Assembly: GCA_026328835.1 (NCBI GenBank)
Contig: GCA_026328835.1_4850.1
Reading direction: 5' to 3' (one strand)
DNA: 46,457 nucleotides
Source: a phage
Shown here: positions 1-9,938 of the stretch, one piece after another
How positions within the stretch are numbered: the stretch's first letter is position 1
Layout of the letters: the number at the start of each line of letters is the position of its first letter
Translations under genes and position numbers: made by a program
Notes under the pieces: model-generated
Told to the model about the DNA's origin: nothing
The model's input: the letters and a program-made list of their open reading frames with translations, nothing else
Databases searched by the model: none

Positions 1-256
1 GACCGTACATTAGCACGCCGTCAGGGTCTACAATTTTGCAGTGCATACCAACCGGAGGCAGACCTTCGCCGTTCCATGCTGGCTTTTGCAATGCGGCGAG
101 TGAGGATTCGTATTGCTGCTTAGTAACCACATCAGCAATCCAGTCGTCGCATTTTTTGAGCTTAAAGCCACTGCAATAGTCAGATTCCATTTCAAACAAC
201 TGGCCCTCACCGTCCTGCTCTACAGCGTCAATACCTGTTGTGATAGAATTAATCAT
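1..256 (-). CDS. hypothetical protein; reads through window start, frame continues at 46438-46457 if ends are joined
   Basis: ATG at 256-254 (reverse); open to position 1; translation MINSITTGIDAVEQDGEGQLFEMESDY... acidic and soluble; joined ends give stop TGA at 46440-46438. Confidence 0.4.
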   Translation of the reverse strand, partial: MINSITTGIDAVEQDGEGQLFEMESDYCSGFKLKKCDDWIADVVTKQQYESSLAALQKPAWNGEGLPPVGMHCKIVDPDGVLMYG

Positions 257-275
257 TATTTGAACAGGAGGCAGA

Positions 276-554
276 ATGAAACTATCGCAGCGCGGCATGG
301 AAACGCCTGGAATCACCGATGCCGTGGATATATCGCCTTACATCACCACCGAGACAACGCAGAATCAGTTTGATGCACTGACAAGTCTCGCCACCGACAT
401 CGGCATTGACACTTTCCGAAAATCAACGCTGTTGAAGAAGCATAATCTTCGCTGCTTCTCATGTGTCGTCGCGCACTTTGTTGTGTGGGGCGAGAAGACT
501 GACGACAAAGCAAAACGCAAAGCTGAAAAAGAGGTTTACTGGTATGGCTATTAG
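276..554 (+). CDS. GH24 (T4/P22-type) lysozyme-like protein, apparently internally deleted
   Basis: RBS AGGAGG at 266-271; C-terminal TQNQFDALTSLATDIGIDTFRKSTLLKKHN matches the conserved NQ(F/Y)DAL...ST.L..LN block of GH24 phage lysozymes as recalled; only 92 aa, no recognisable catalytic Glu/Asp region. Confidence 0.4.
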   Translation: MKLSQRGMETPGITDAVDISPYITTETTQNQFDALTSLATDIGIDTFRKSTLLKKHNLRCFSCVVAHFVVWGEKTDDKAKRKAEKEVYWYGY

Positions 555-1008
555 CAAAAACATGAAGGCGTTTCTGGATATGCTGGCGTACAGCGAGGGC
601 ACGGATAATGGGCGACAGAAAACCAATAATCATGGCTATGATGTAATTGTTGGTGGCTCACTGTTTACTGATTACTCCGACCACCCTCGCAAGCTGATTA
701 GCCTGCCAAAGCTTGGCATCAAATCCACTGCCGCCGGGCGCTATCAGGTACTGGCTAAATTTTATGACGCATACAAAAAGCAGTTGCGTTTACCTGACTT
801 CTCTCCTGTATCACAGGACGCTATTGCAATGCAGCTAATCCGTGAATGCAGGGCCACCGCTGATATTGAGGCTGGTCGCATTGATGATGCCATTCATAAA
901 TGCCGCTCGCGCTGGGCTTCATTGCCGGGCGCTGGTTATGGTCAGCATGAGCAGAAGCTGGATAAGCTGATTCAGGTATACAAGGATGCCGGCGGAGTTG
1001 CGGCATGA
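544..1008 (+). CDS. endolysin, lambda R-type lytic transglycosylase
   Basis: MAISKNMKAFLDMLAYSEGTDNGRQKTNNHGYDVIVGG..FTDYSDHPRK...WASLPGAGYGQ closely matches lambda R as recalled; ATG 544 preferred over ORF-track start 463. Confidence 0.85.
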   Translation: MAISKNMKAFLDMLAYSEGTDNGRQKTNNHGYDVIVGGSLFTDYSDHPRKLISLPKLGIKSTAAGRYQVLAKFYDAYKKQLRLPDFSPVSQDAIAMQLIRECRATADIEAGRIDDAIHKCRSRWASLPGAGYGQHEQKLDKLIQVYKDAGGVAA

Positions 1009-1244
1009 AAAAGCTAAGCAACTGGTTGCTCGGCGCATGGATTTCGTTCTGCTCACTGTTGCAACTATGGCCTGATGCAATGATGCATGTGTGGGTAATG
1101 ATGCCGGATGACCTGAAAGCGGCGCTACCGCCAATCGTGGTTAAAGGTGTGAGCTACTCCATCATGCTGATTGGTATCCTCGGCAAAATGCACGGCATGA
1201 GGAAGGAAAACCGGAGGCTACGCAATGATGTCGATTCTCGCTAA
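1005..1244 (+). CDS. putative holin (two predicted TM segments, charged C-terminus)
   Basis: 79 aa; hydrophobic LSNWLLGAWISFCSLLQLW and ALPPIVVKGVSYSIMLIGILG, basic tail KMHGMRKENRRLRNDVDSR; ATGA overlap with endolysin stop. Confidence 0.55.
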   Translation: MKKLSNWLLGAWISFCSLLQLWPDAMMHVWVMMPDDLKAALPPIVVKGVSYSIMLIGILGKMHGMRKENRRLRNDVDSR

Positions 1245-1716
1245 ATACTGGCGACCAATGGCAATTATTATAATTGTTGCTGCTGGCGCGCTGTGGGTGG
1301 CAAATAAGGTGTCCAGTTATGGTGAGCAGAGATACAACGACGGGTATGCGAAGGCCGTAGCCGAACAAAAGGCCGCAGACGAAAAAGAGGAGCAACGACG
1401 CAATGCAGAACTGCAAAAGATTCAGGCCGACGCACAGCAAAGGATTGATGCTGCGCGCAATGATGCTGTTAATGCTGCTGCTAAGTCTGGCAGGTTGCAG
1501 CAACAGCTCGCAAATATCCGCAAGCAGCTCGTCGGATATTCCACCTCTGAGTCCATTGGCAATCCAGCCGCAGAAACCGGAGTTTTGCTCTCAGACGTGC
1601 TCAGCAAATCTGTCGAAAGAAATAGACAACTGGCAGATTACGCTGACAGGGCAAGAGAAGCAGGATTAGCGTGTGAGGCGCAGTATAATTCGCTGCGCAA
1701 TAAAAAAGCCCCATAA
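1225..1716 (+). CDS. i-spanin (Rz-like)
   Basis: RBS GGAGG 8 nt upstream; N-terminal TM (MAIIIIVAAGALWVA) then coiled-coil periplasmic domain; position after endolysin/holin. Confidence 0.7.
   Translation: MMSILAKYWRPMAIIIIVAAGALWVANKVSSYGEQRYNDGYAKAVAEQKAADEKEEQRRNAELQKIQADAQQRIDAARNDAVNAAAKSGRLQQQLANIRKQLVGYSTSESIGNPAAETGVLLSDVLSKSVERNRQLADYADRAREAGLACEAQYNSLRNKKAP
1448..1669 (+). CDS. o-spanin (Rz1-like lipoprotein) embedded in +1 frame inside Rz
   Basis: MLRAMMLLMLLLSLAGC lipobox; proline-rich mature part SDIPPLSPLAIQPQKPE; RBS AAGGA 1439-1443; wholly inside 1225-1716. Confidence 0.65.
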   Translation: MLRAMMLLMLLLSLAGCSNSSQISASSSSDIPPLSPLAIQPQKPEFCSQTCSANLSKEIDNWQITLTGQEKQD

Positions 1717-1731
1717 TGGGGCTTTGTTTTA
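1704..1731 (+). terminator. rho-independent terminator
   Basis: aaagcccc-ataa-tggggcttt stem-loop followed by T-run. Confidence 0.7.
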
Positions 1732-1750
1732 GAATATACCAAGGTCAATT

Positions 1751-2011
1751 TCATTTATCATACAGCTTTCTCATTCTCTCTTCAGCTTCACTTTCTGTGA
1801 ATGTGAGACGCTCATTCATTGATTCTGCCTCATCAAGTGCTTTCCTGATCTCAAGTCCATTCATAGCATCAACAATTTTCATTGCGGCGTCGCAAAGTGC
1901 GTTGTTGCTCACCCAGCCATCAACAGACTCCACGGCATCCATAATGGCATTAGCTTCGCGCTCAGTTAATTGAATGATATAATTCTTATCTTCCATTTCA
2001 TCCTCACTCAT
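1751..2011 (-). CDS. hypothetical protein
   Basis: ORF track 1751-2125; internal start MSEDEMEDKNYIIQL at 2011 preferred. Confidence 0.4.
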   Translation of the reverse strand: MSEDEMEDKNYIIQLTEREANAIMDAVESVDGWVSNNALCDAAMKIVDAMNGLEIRKALDEAESMNERLTFTESEAEERMRKLYDK

Positions 2012-2150
2012 ACAGTGGTTTAATTTTATACCCAAACATAATTGCGTTCTGATGCTCAACGCTACCAGAAAACACCAGATAGCGACGACCACGATTATCC
2101 GTAACGATGTAGGCGGACGGCTCACTCTGCTGGCAGCGTTGCTGGTTCAT
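2004..2150 (-). CDS. hypothetical small protein
   Basis: ORF track 2004-2240; internal Met start; overlaps neighbours. Confidence 0.25.
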   Translation of the reverse strand: MNQQRCQQSEPSAYIVTDNRGRRYLVFSGSVEHQNAIMFGYKIKPLYE

Positions 2151-2430
2151 TAACAACCTCCTCAGCAGCTGTTTCAACGATGCGCACCAACGAACACTCA
2201 AGGTTCGGCGCATTATAATTGCCAGCCAGAAACAGCACACTACCAGTGCTAATCAGCACCTGCTTTGCATTTGCCTGTGACAGATTCTGCACGATGAATT
2301 GCGCTGTCTCTGTGCCGATTTTCAGCACTGCGCTGCCGTCGCTGTTCAGTGATACCAGTTGCGCGGATGTGTCAGCAATATTGGTAAAGTTCGCGTTTCG
2401 TTGCGCGATTGTGATGTCGCAGAATGACAT
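2122..2430 (-). CDS. hypothetical protein
   Basis: 102-aa ORF in co-directional minus-strand run. Confidence 0.45.
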   Translation of the reverse strand: MSFCDITIAQRNANFTNIADTSAQLVSLNSDGSAVLKIGTETAQFIVQNLSQANAKQVLISTGSVLFLAGNYNAPNLECSLVRIVETAAEEVVNEPATLPAE

Positions 2431-2732
2431 TATTTAATCTCTCCATTCAGTTCATTAACAATTAACGTTGCATAGCCAGCAATATCTTTCCAGCTGTCAT
2501 CATAAGTCGGGTCGCCATTCAGAATACGCCCAATCTTGTGCTGAATCATGTCGAGCGCCTCGCGCTGGCTTGGTGTCAGATTGTTCCACCCATCCACTTC
2601 GCGCATGACGGTTTTCAGTTCCTGCATGATTTCAGCGCCATCTTTGAATTTGCCGTATCGGCTACCGCGCGCGGTGATGAGTTGCTCTGTTGCGTCAGTA
2701 TGGCGCCTATCGCCCGTGATTTGTGAACTCAT
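2430..2732 (-). CDS. hypothetical protein
   Basis: 100-aa ORF; 1-nt overlap with downstream gene. Confidence 0.45.
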   Translation of the reverse strand: MSSQITGDRRHTDATEQLITARGSRYGKFKDGAEIMQELKTVMREVDGWNNLTPSQREALDMIQHKIGRILNGDPTYDDSWKDIAGYATLIVNELNGEIK

Positions 2733-3219
2733 TGTGATGTATTCTCCTGAATTCTTTTATTTTTGCTTCCGCTTCTCTTATGTCAGAAAAGTAACCAACT
2801 GTGAATCTTTTGCCATTTACTCCAACTCTTGCATGCCACTTGTTGTGCGATGAACTCCAGTTAACCCCCTTGATACCGCTAGTGTTGTTTTTGTTCATTG
2901 CTTTGTTGTGGCTATTCTCAAATTTGCTGGCCTCCCTTAAATTGCACGCCCTGTTGTCATTGCGAATTCCATTGATGTGATCAATCATTTCACTTGCTGA
3001 TGAGCCATGAATACATATCCATGCCAGTCTGTGAGCAAGAAAAGCCCTACCGCAAAGAATTATTTGCACATATCCATCTGGCTTTAAGTAGCCTGCAACG
3101 CTCCCTTTTTCTGCAATCCTATTCCTTGTCTTTAGCCATTTAAATTCCCCAGTTAGTGGATTGTAGTCAAGGTAACTCAATATAAACTCCCTACTCGGCT
3201 CCTCCCTCCTATGTCTCAT
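2707..3219 (-). CDS. HNH homing endonuclease with AP2-like DNA-binding domain
   Basis: HRLAW...DHINGIRNDNR..NLR HNH motif plus NTSGIKGVNW...W.A AP2-like segment. Confidence 0.8.
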   Translation of the reverse strand: MRHRREEPSREFILSYLDYNPLTGEFKWLKTRNRIAEKGSVAGYLKPDGYVQIILCGRAFLAHRLAWICIHGSSASEMIDHINGIRNDNRACNLREASKFENSHNKAMNKNNTSGIKGVNWSSSHNKWHARVGVNGKRFTVGYFSDIREAEAKIKEFRRIHHNEFTNHGR

Positions 3220-3422
3220 TTCTCAACCTCTTTCATCGTCACCAGATTATTTTCATCAACATTGAAGTTGTCCCTGATAAGGTTATACATCTCATCCTTC
3301 GGCATATCAGCCAGCGCCACATAGCAACGGGCAAAGTAGCGAACATCACGGAGTGTCAGCGGCTGACGCTTCTCCACAATGCTGGTGATAATGTCCATCG
3401 GCTCGCGTCGTGGTCTTGGCAT
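3216..3422 (-). CDS. hypothetical protein
   Basis: ORF track start 3458 is a TTG codon; ATG at 3422 preceded by AAGGAG preferred (MPRPRREPMDII...). Confidence 0.45.
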   Translation of the reverse strand: MPRPRREPMDIITSIVEKRQPLTLRDVRYFARCYVALADMPKDEMYNLIRDNFNVDENNLVTMKEVEK

Positions 3423-3522
3423 ATTTACTACTCCTTCTCGAAAATTATTGTTGACCAATCCACATCACTTAGTCAATACTTATTGACGTAGATTGTACCA
3501 CAACGGAAAAGGTGATGTGGAA

Positions 3523-3720
3523 ATGCGATACAAAGAAATAGCAGCGAGATATCAGAAGGAAGTTCGCGAGGTTATGGAAATCCTTAACGTTCGCGAGGAT
3601 ACCATTAAGTTTGTGGAAACTGCCATGTGCTCACTGGCGCTTGAAGCGGAGGTTGCAGGTCGTGAAAAGGCTGACGAACTTATATCTGCGGTGGTTTATA
3701 GTTCAACCAGTAACGGTTGA
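3523..3720 (+). CDS. hypothetical protein
   Basis: ATG 3523 with AAAGGTGA RBS (track start 3493 is TTG); MRYKEIAARYQKEV... Confidence 0.45.
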   Translation: MRYKEIAARYQKEVREVMEILNVREDTIKFVETAMCSLALEAEVAGREKADELISAVVYSSTSNG

Positions 3721-3780
3721 AGATGAAGGTTATCTGTGCGTTGAGCACGTTGTTATCAAATTCTACGGGAGAAATTATAA

Positions 3781-3975
3781 ATGGCGCATGACGAGCTGTA
3801 CGAAAAGTCGTTAATCCAGCGACTGAATGAAGTTGAACGCACTCGCGAATGGCTGGAGTGCGAGCTGCGAGAGGTGCGAAACCGACTGCAACGCAAGCGC
3901 AGTCAGCAGAAAGACGTTATCGACTGGTCCGGTGATGCACCTAAATTTAACAACATTGGAGAATGGTTGAAATGA
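3781..3975 (+). CDS. hypothetical protein (coiled-coil)
   Basis: 64-aa ORF. Confidence 0.45.
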   Translation: MAHDELYEKSLIQRLNEVERTREWLECELREVRNRLQRKRSQQKDVIDWSGDAPKFNNIGEWLK

Positions 3976-4220
3976 GCGCACCACATATGCCGATGATGAA
4001 TGATAACGGGTTGTTGTGCTGTCCATTCTGTGGCGGGAATGAAGTTTACTTGAATATTGATTTAGTGCTTGTATCTGTCGAATGCGGAGATTGCTGTGCT
4101 AGTTCAGGTGAATGGGGTTCACCGGAAACCGCTGTCAGGCACTGGAACACCCGAAACGGACACCTATACACCGCCGACGACTTCAATCAGGCAGCAGAGG
4201 AACGCGATAATGGACTATAA
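3972..4220 (+). CDS. Lar-like restriction alleviation protein (Cys-rich zinc ribbon)
   Basis: CPFCGG....(20)...CGDCC four-Cys arrangement in a small protein; ATGA overlap with upstream gene. Confidence 0.5.
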   Translation: MSAPHMPMMNDNGLLCCPFCGGNEVYLNIDLVLVSVECGDCCASSGEWGSPETAVRHWNTRNGHLYTADDFNQAAEERDNGL

Positions 4221-4698
4221 ATCACAAATCATGCGCGTAATAATCAATCATCCGGGAGCGACGCGTGCATACATTGAGAGGCATTGCAGAGGAAAGCACT
4301 CAAGCACCACAACGCATCGCCTGCATGAGATGCTTGCTCTTGGCTTCATTCGCCGCGAGAAGTCAGTGATTCGTGGAGGTAAGTGGCAGTACAAGTATTT
4401 CATCTCTGATGATGCGGCAGGTATTGATGATGCAATTAAGTGTCATTTGCTTGATAACGAAGGAGCAGAAGTGAAAGAAATCAGCGCAGCCACTGGCATT
4501 GATTACCGAATCGTAAAAAGCCGTATCCGCATTATGTTTCATAACGGCGATGTAACGCGAAGCTATGACCACCACAAGAAGCTGTGGCGCTACTCATGGC
4601 ATGAGCAGGAAGTAAACGTGAGCAACCTGTTTAATTCACTTCTTCGCAGCGCAAGAGGTCAGCATGGTAAAAGCGAAACGCAAGAAGCAAGAGTATGA
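4210..4698 (+). CDS. hypothetical protein, possible tandem winged-helix DNA-binding protein
   Basis: internal start MDYKSQIM at 4210 overlaps upstream stop; two helix-rich repeats. Confidence 0.45.
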   Translation: MDYKSQIMRVIINHPGATRAYIERHCRGKHSSTTTHRLHEMLALGFIRREKSVIRGGKWQYKYFISDDAAGIDDAIKCHLLDNEGAEVKEISAATGIDYRIVKSRIRIMFHNGDVTRSYDHHKKLWRYSWHEQEVNVSNLFNSLLRSARGQHGKSETQEARV

Positions 4699-4840
4699 GC
4701 CACTGCCGCCATGCGAAATGTCAGGAATTCCGCAGCAGGAGGTTGTGATTCTCACCGAAGCTGAGTGGCGCAAGGTGGCAAGAGTGCAAATCATGTTCCG
4801 CAAACTTGCTGAGGACGTACTAAATGAGATGGGCTATTAA
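4664..4840 (+). CDS. hypothetical small protein
   Basis: hand-translated 58-aa ORF MVKAKRKKQEYEPLPP...LNEMGY, frame checked codon by codon; not in >=60-aa ORF track. Confidence 0.3.
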   Translation: MVKAKRKKQEYEPLPPCEMSGIPQQEVVILTEAEWRKVARVQIMFRKLAEDVLNEMGY

Positions 4841-5102
4841 GCATAAATCTGGCAGAACTCTGTTTGCAACATCGGATGAGTTTATTGCCAATAACCGTAG
4901 AAAGATGGGCTGGATAGTGGAAGAGTTAACTGCATACGAAAGAATGAAAATCAATAATAAAGAAAATCAGAGAATTGTCTCTGTGAATGTTGGAGTCCTT
5001 AAAGCGGCATTAAGTGAGATTCGTGCTCACGTCGCAGTAAATGGCGAAGGCATCATGACCAGATCCATAATCAATGCATTAGAGGTGAATATAAAAAAAT
5101 GA
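4824..5102 (+). CDS. hypothetical protein
   Basis: 92-aa ORF. Confidence 0.45.
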   Translation: MRWAIKHKSGRTLFATSDEFIANNRRKMGWIVEELTAYERMKINNKENQRIVSVNVGVLKAALSEIRAHVAVNGEGIMTRSIINALEVNIKK

Positions 5103-5425
5103 TTATCCAACTAAACGACATCATGAAAGCAGACATTATTCAACTTGAAGATTATGACGTGCAACTGGCGTTTGAAATAGAAACCGTTGAGCGTCAACTG
5201 CAATATGCAGATAAGAAGAATGATCGTGTCTGGCACGAGAAAGCACTTAAGGCGCGCGACCACATGAAGCGCACGCGAGCACTCATCAAAACTCGTCTTG
5301 ATAAGCTGTATTACGGAGAGGAAAGATATTTGCATGGCGCGATACTGGCGCAAATCCGCAAGGAAATGCCAATTGGCAAGTTCATGTCATACGTTCACCG
5401 CGCAAAACAGGAGGCTGGGTTATGA
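5099..5425 (+). CDS. hypothetical protein
   Basis: 108-aa ORF; ATGA-type overlap. Confidence 0.5.
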   Translation: MIIQLNDIMKADIIQLEDYDVQLAFEIETVERQLQYADKKNDRVWHEKALKARDHMKRTRALIKTRLDKLYYGEERYLHGAILAQIRKEMPIGKFMSYVHRAKQEAGL

Positions 5426-5610
5426 GCGAACCAAAATTTCCAGAATTGCCAGTGGAGGTTCAGGTTGCATTGATTAATGCAGCAAGTGCAATGGCGACAA
5501 AGAAGATTGAGGCAATAGGCAGTGATTACAACAGGAATATAGACTGGTTTCAGAGGGAGTATCAAAAAATCTGCGACGCACTCTACAAAGAAAACAGGGG
5601 TAGACCATGA
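5422..5610 (+). CDS. hypothetical protein
   Basis: 62-aa ORF. Confidence 0.45.
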   Translation: MSEPKFPELPVEVQVALINAASAMATKKIEAIGSDYNRNIDWFQREYQKICDALYKENRGRP

Positions 5611-5753
5611 TTCCATTACTTTGGATATTATCAGTCTACGCATTCGCGCGGGTATTTGAGGCTGATACTCTGTACCAGATGATTTGCTATGGCGCTCTGT
5701 TCTGTCTCTCTGGTGCTGCGCTTGCATTTATGGATGATGTGATTTCAGACTAA
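5607..5753 (+). CDS. hypothetical small membrane protein
   Basis: hand-translated 48 aa MIPLLWILSVYAFARV...; ATGA overlap with upstream stop. Confidence 0.3.
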   Translation: MIPLLWILSVYAFARVFEADTLYQMICYGALFCLSGAALAFMDDVISD

Positions 5754-5808
5754 CTCCGTATATCTTTTGTTCATCATGGGCTGCTATCATTTAATCAGGA
5801 GGTAGCCC

Positions 5809-5931
5809 ATGAACATAATCCCTATCACTTACTTTCTCACGCTATACGCACTCACCAATTCGCCATTGTTTGCACTGGCTACCGCCTCATGGTGCTATAT
5901 CTCCCTGTGTTATAATTCGTCCACAAACTAA
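5809..5931 (+). CDS. hypothetical small membrane protein
   Basis: hand-translated 40 aa; AGGAGG RBS at 5797-5802. Confidence 0.35.
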   Translation: MNIIPITYFLTLYALTNSPLFALATASWCYISLCYNSSTN

Positions 5932-5946
5932 CCGTGGAGCTACGCG

Positions 5947-7703
<1,757 letters not shown>

Positions 7704-7705
7704 TA

Positions 7706-8776
7706 ATGGAAAAGATTATTTTTACCAAAGACTTGGTAGCCAACTCCGCAGTAGTGGCTGACCAGTGGAAACATCTCACTATCGACCGTAAGGTATTCTG
7801 CAATGCAGAAGCTGAACTAGCGAAAACCTACGGTGTTAACGCCACCGCACTGGTAACGAAAGATTACTGGCGCGACGTGGACAACGTCACCACCCGCGTT
7901 TTCCGCAACGAAGCTGGTCAGGACATGATGGCTGACCTGATGGGCATCGCGGCAAACATCAATATCGGTAAGACTGTGGCAATCAGCCGCATCGCTTCCG
8001 ATGCTGGTAAGGTTGTCCGCACTCTGTCTGGTCAGGAGCCGGAAGACTTGGACAAAACTCGCTACGATTACACTGGCGATGTGATTCCAATTTTCAAGAC
8101 TGGCTACAGCCGCGAATGGCGTGAACTGCTGGGTATGCAGTCTGAGGGCTTTGACCCACTGCTTGACGATCAGGCTAACGTCACCTTTAACCTGCGTTCC
8201 GACATGGCGCAGTATCTGCTGACTGGCGACCAGACTCTGAACGTGAACGGCGTTTACACTGGCTACGGTATCACCAACCACCCGAACACTGTTCAGGTTA
8301 ACCTGAATGCTTCCGGTGGTCTGAATATCGACCTGCAAACCGCAACGCCAGACGAAATCGTGAAATTCTTCAATCAGGATTTCCAGGCTATTCTGGATGC
8401 GCAGAACGTATTTGAGCAGGTGACTCTATGGGTTTCTCCGGCAGTGCGTCGTAGCTTCATGCGTCCGTATTCTGATGCGGCTGGCTTCAAAGGCGGCACT
8501 GTTGAGCAGTACATCACGCAGTTCGGCAATGGTCGCATCGGCAAGATTGGCACCAACTTCCTGCTGACTGGAAACCATTTCGTTGGCTACGTTCGCAACG
8601 ACATGTACATCCGACCGCGTGTTGCTCAGCCTGTTTCCACCTATGCGGCAGCCCGTGACAATCCGCACGATAACTTCAACTTCCTCGTGTGGTCAGCTTT
8701 TGGTCTTCAGGTGAGACGCGATTTTGCAGGGAAGTCAAAAGTGTTTAACGGCTACGGCACGCAAACTCCGCTGTAA
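7706..8776 (+). CDS. major capsid protein
   Basis: 356-aa ORF after scaffold; followed by terminator; strong codon usage. Confidence 0.7.
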   Translation: MEKIIFTKDLVANSAVVADQWKHLTIDRKVFCNAEAELAKTYGVNATALVTKDYWRDVDNVTTRVFRNEAGQDMMADLMGIAANINIGKTVAISRIASDAGKVVRTLSGQEPEDLDKTRYDYTGDVIPIFKTGYSREWRELLGMQSEGFDPLLDDQANVTFNLRSDMAQYLLTGDQTLNVNGVYTGYGITNHPNTVQVNLNASGGLNIDLQTATPDEIVKFFNQDFQAILDAQNVFEQVTLWVSPAVRRSFMRPYSDAAGFKGGTVEQYITQFGNGRIGKIGTNFLLTGNHFVGYVRNDMYIRPRVAQPVSTYAAARDNPHDNFNFLVWSAFGLQVRRDFAGKSKVFNGYGTQTPL

Positions 8777-8778
8777 TA

Positions 8779-8801
8779 AAAAAGGGGCGAAAGCCCCTTT
8801 A
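8779..8801 (+). terminator. rho-independent terminator
   Basis: aaaggggc-gaaa-gcccctt stem-loop after capsid gene. Confidence 0.7.
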
Positions 8802-8817
8802 TGAATTGAGGTGAATA

Positions 8818-9015
8818 ATGGCTAAGTACGAAGTCATCGCACGCGGAATCTTTGTCAAAGAAAAAGGCAAGATTCGTGAATTGCAGCTTGGCGAGGTTAT
8901 CACGGAACCTGCTGAGCATCTGCTACCAAAGCTGCGCGTTATGCCGGAACTGGAAAAGTCTTTCGAAGTCGCAACCCCGCAAGAAAAGACGACAAAGAGA
9001 AAGAAAGCAGAGTAA
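8818..9015 (+). CDS. hypothetical protein
   Basis: 65-aa ORF with RBS GAGGTGA. Confidence 0.45.
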   Translation: MAKYEVIARGIFVKEKGKIRELQLGEVITEPAEHLLPKLRVMPELEKSFEVATPQEKTTKRKKAE

Positions 9016-9019
9016 ACTG

Positions 9020-9044
9020 AACCCGCATAATGCGGGTTTTTTAT
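9020..9044 (+). terminator. rho-independent terminator
   Basis: acccgca-taa-tgcgggt stem then TTTTTT. Confidence 0.7.
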
Positions 9045-9055
9045 TGGGGGCTTCT

Positions 9056-9904
9056 ATGGCAGTAAGATACGACATATTCACCACACGCGAAGATGGCGAG
9101 GTGATGCTTGATGAGTTGATGTCCGCTGACTGGACTGCGCTACAGGTTAACGTGATGCCACTTGATTCATCTGGCGCATACACACCACTTGTCAGTGGAA
9201 CTGTGTCCGTGAAGGTGTCGCCATTTGAATCTGGCAACTACTGGATTGACGTCAACAATAATAATTATTACGGCGTAGCGCTGCGCCTGAAGATAATCAA
9301 AACGGAATTACCAGCAGCAGTAAGTTCGCTGCGCGTTTCGGTGTGGCGCGCTGGCGTTTCTCCACAATCGGTAGTAAACCTTCAGCCTGACGTGGCGATA
9401 AGCGATATCACCACGCAGTCATATATTGAACGCGCCAATAAGCAAGGCAAGCTGTTCACCGCGTCGCGTAGAGTAACTGATGTTTCTGGCGGCTCAAACA
9501 TTGACAGCATTTTTATCACCGGAACAAAGCAGGTGATATTCAACCAGCGCATTATTGGTTACACAGGGAAAGGTGTTATTGCGTCAATCTATCGCGGCGC
9601 AGTTGCCACAGGAGGCACAGCAGCAGAGATTAATAATCCAAACGATATAACACCACAGGCAGCTACGGCGCAGCTGCTGACTGGCGCTACTGTGACAAAC
9701 ATCGGACAGTTGACAGTTGCAGCAACGTATAGCGAAGGGAATGCATCGAATCAGGGGCAGGGTAACTCGCAGGCTAGATTAGGTGAGCAGATTATCATGG
9801 CACCAAACACGACGTACTTACTTCGCATAACATCACTGGATACTGCGGTGCAGAATATCAATGCTTACGTTTCGTGGTTTGAGGATGATACTTATCTGGC
9901 GTGA
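9056..9904 (+). CDS. putative virion structural protein
   Basis: internal ATG 9056 (MAVRYDIF...) after terminator preferred over track start 8852. Confidence 0.45.
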   Translation: MAVRYDIFTTREDGEVMLDELMSADWTALQVNVMPLDSSGAYTPLVSGTVSVKVSPFESGNYWIDVNNNNYYGVALRLKIIKTELPAAVSSLRVSVWRAGVSPQSVVNLQPDVAISDITTQSYIERANKQGKLFTASRRVTDVSGGSNIDSIFITGTKQVIFNQRIIGYTGKGVIASIYRGAVATGGTAAEINNPNDITPQAATAQLLTGATVTNIGQLTVAATYSEGNASNQGQGNSQARLGEQIIMAPNTTYLLRITSLDTAVQNINAYVSWFEDDTYLA

Positions 9905-9908
9905 TAAA

Positions 9909-9937
9909 ATAAAAGCCCCGTGAAGGGGCTTTTTATT
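9909..9937. terminator. bidirectional rho-independent terminator
   Basis: aaagcccc-gtgaa-ggggcttt between convergent genes. Confidence 0.7.
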
Positions 9938-9938
9938 G

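Noticed and set aside
113-373. 86-aa plus-strand ORF
   Set aside because: Overlaps the better-supported minus-strand gene ending at 256 and the RBS-led ORF at 276; translation has no recognisable features.
4069-4209. N-terminal extension of ORF 4069-4698
   Set aside because: Extension overlaps the Lar-like gene in another frame; internal ATG at 4210 gives the usual stop-start overlap.
7817-8338. 173-aa minus-strand ORF inside the major capsid gene
   Set aside because: Antisense shadow ORF within a confidently called structural gene; same for 8426-8668 and 6309-6608.
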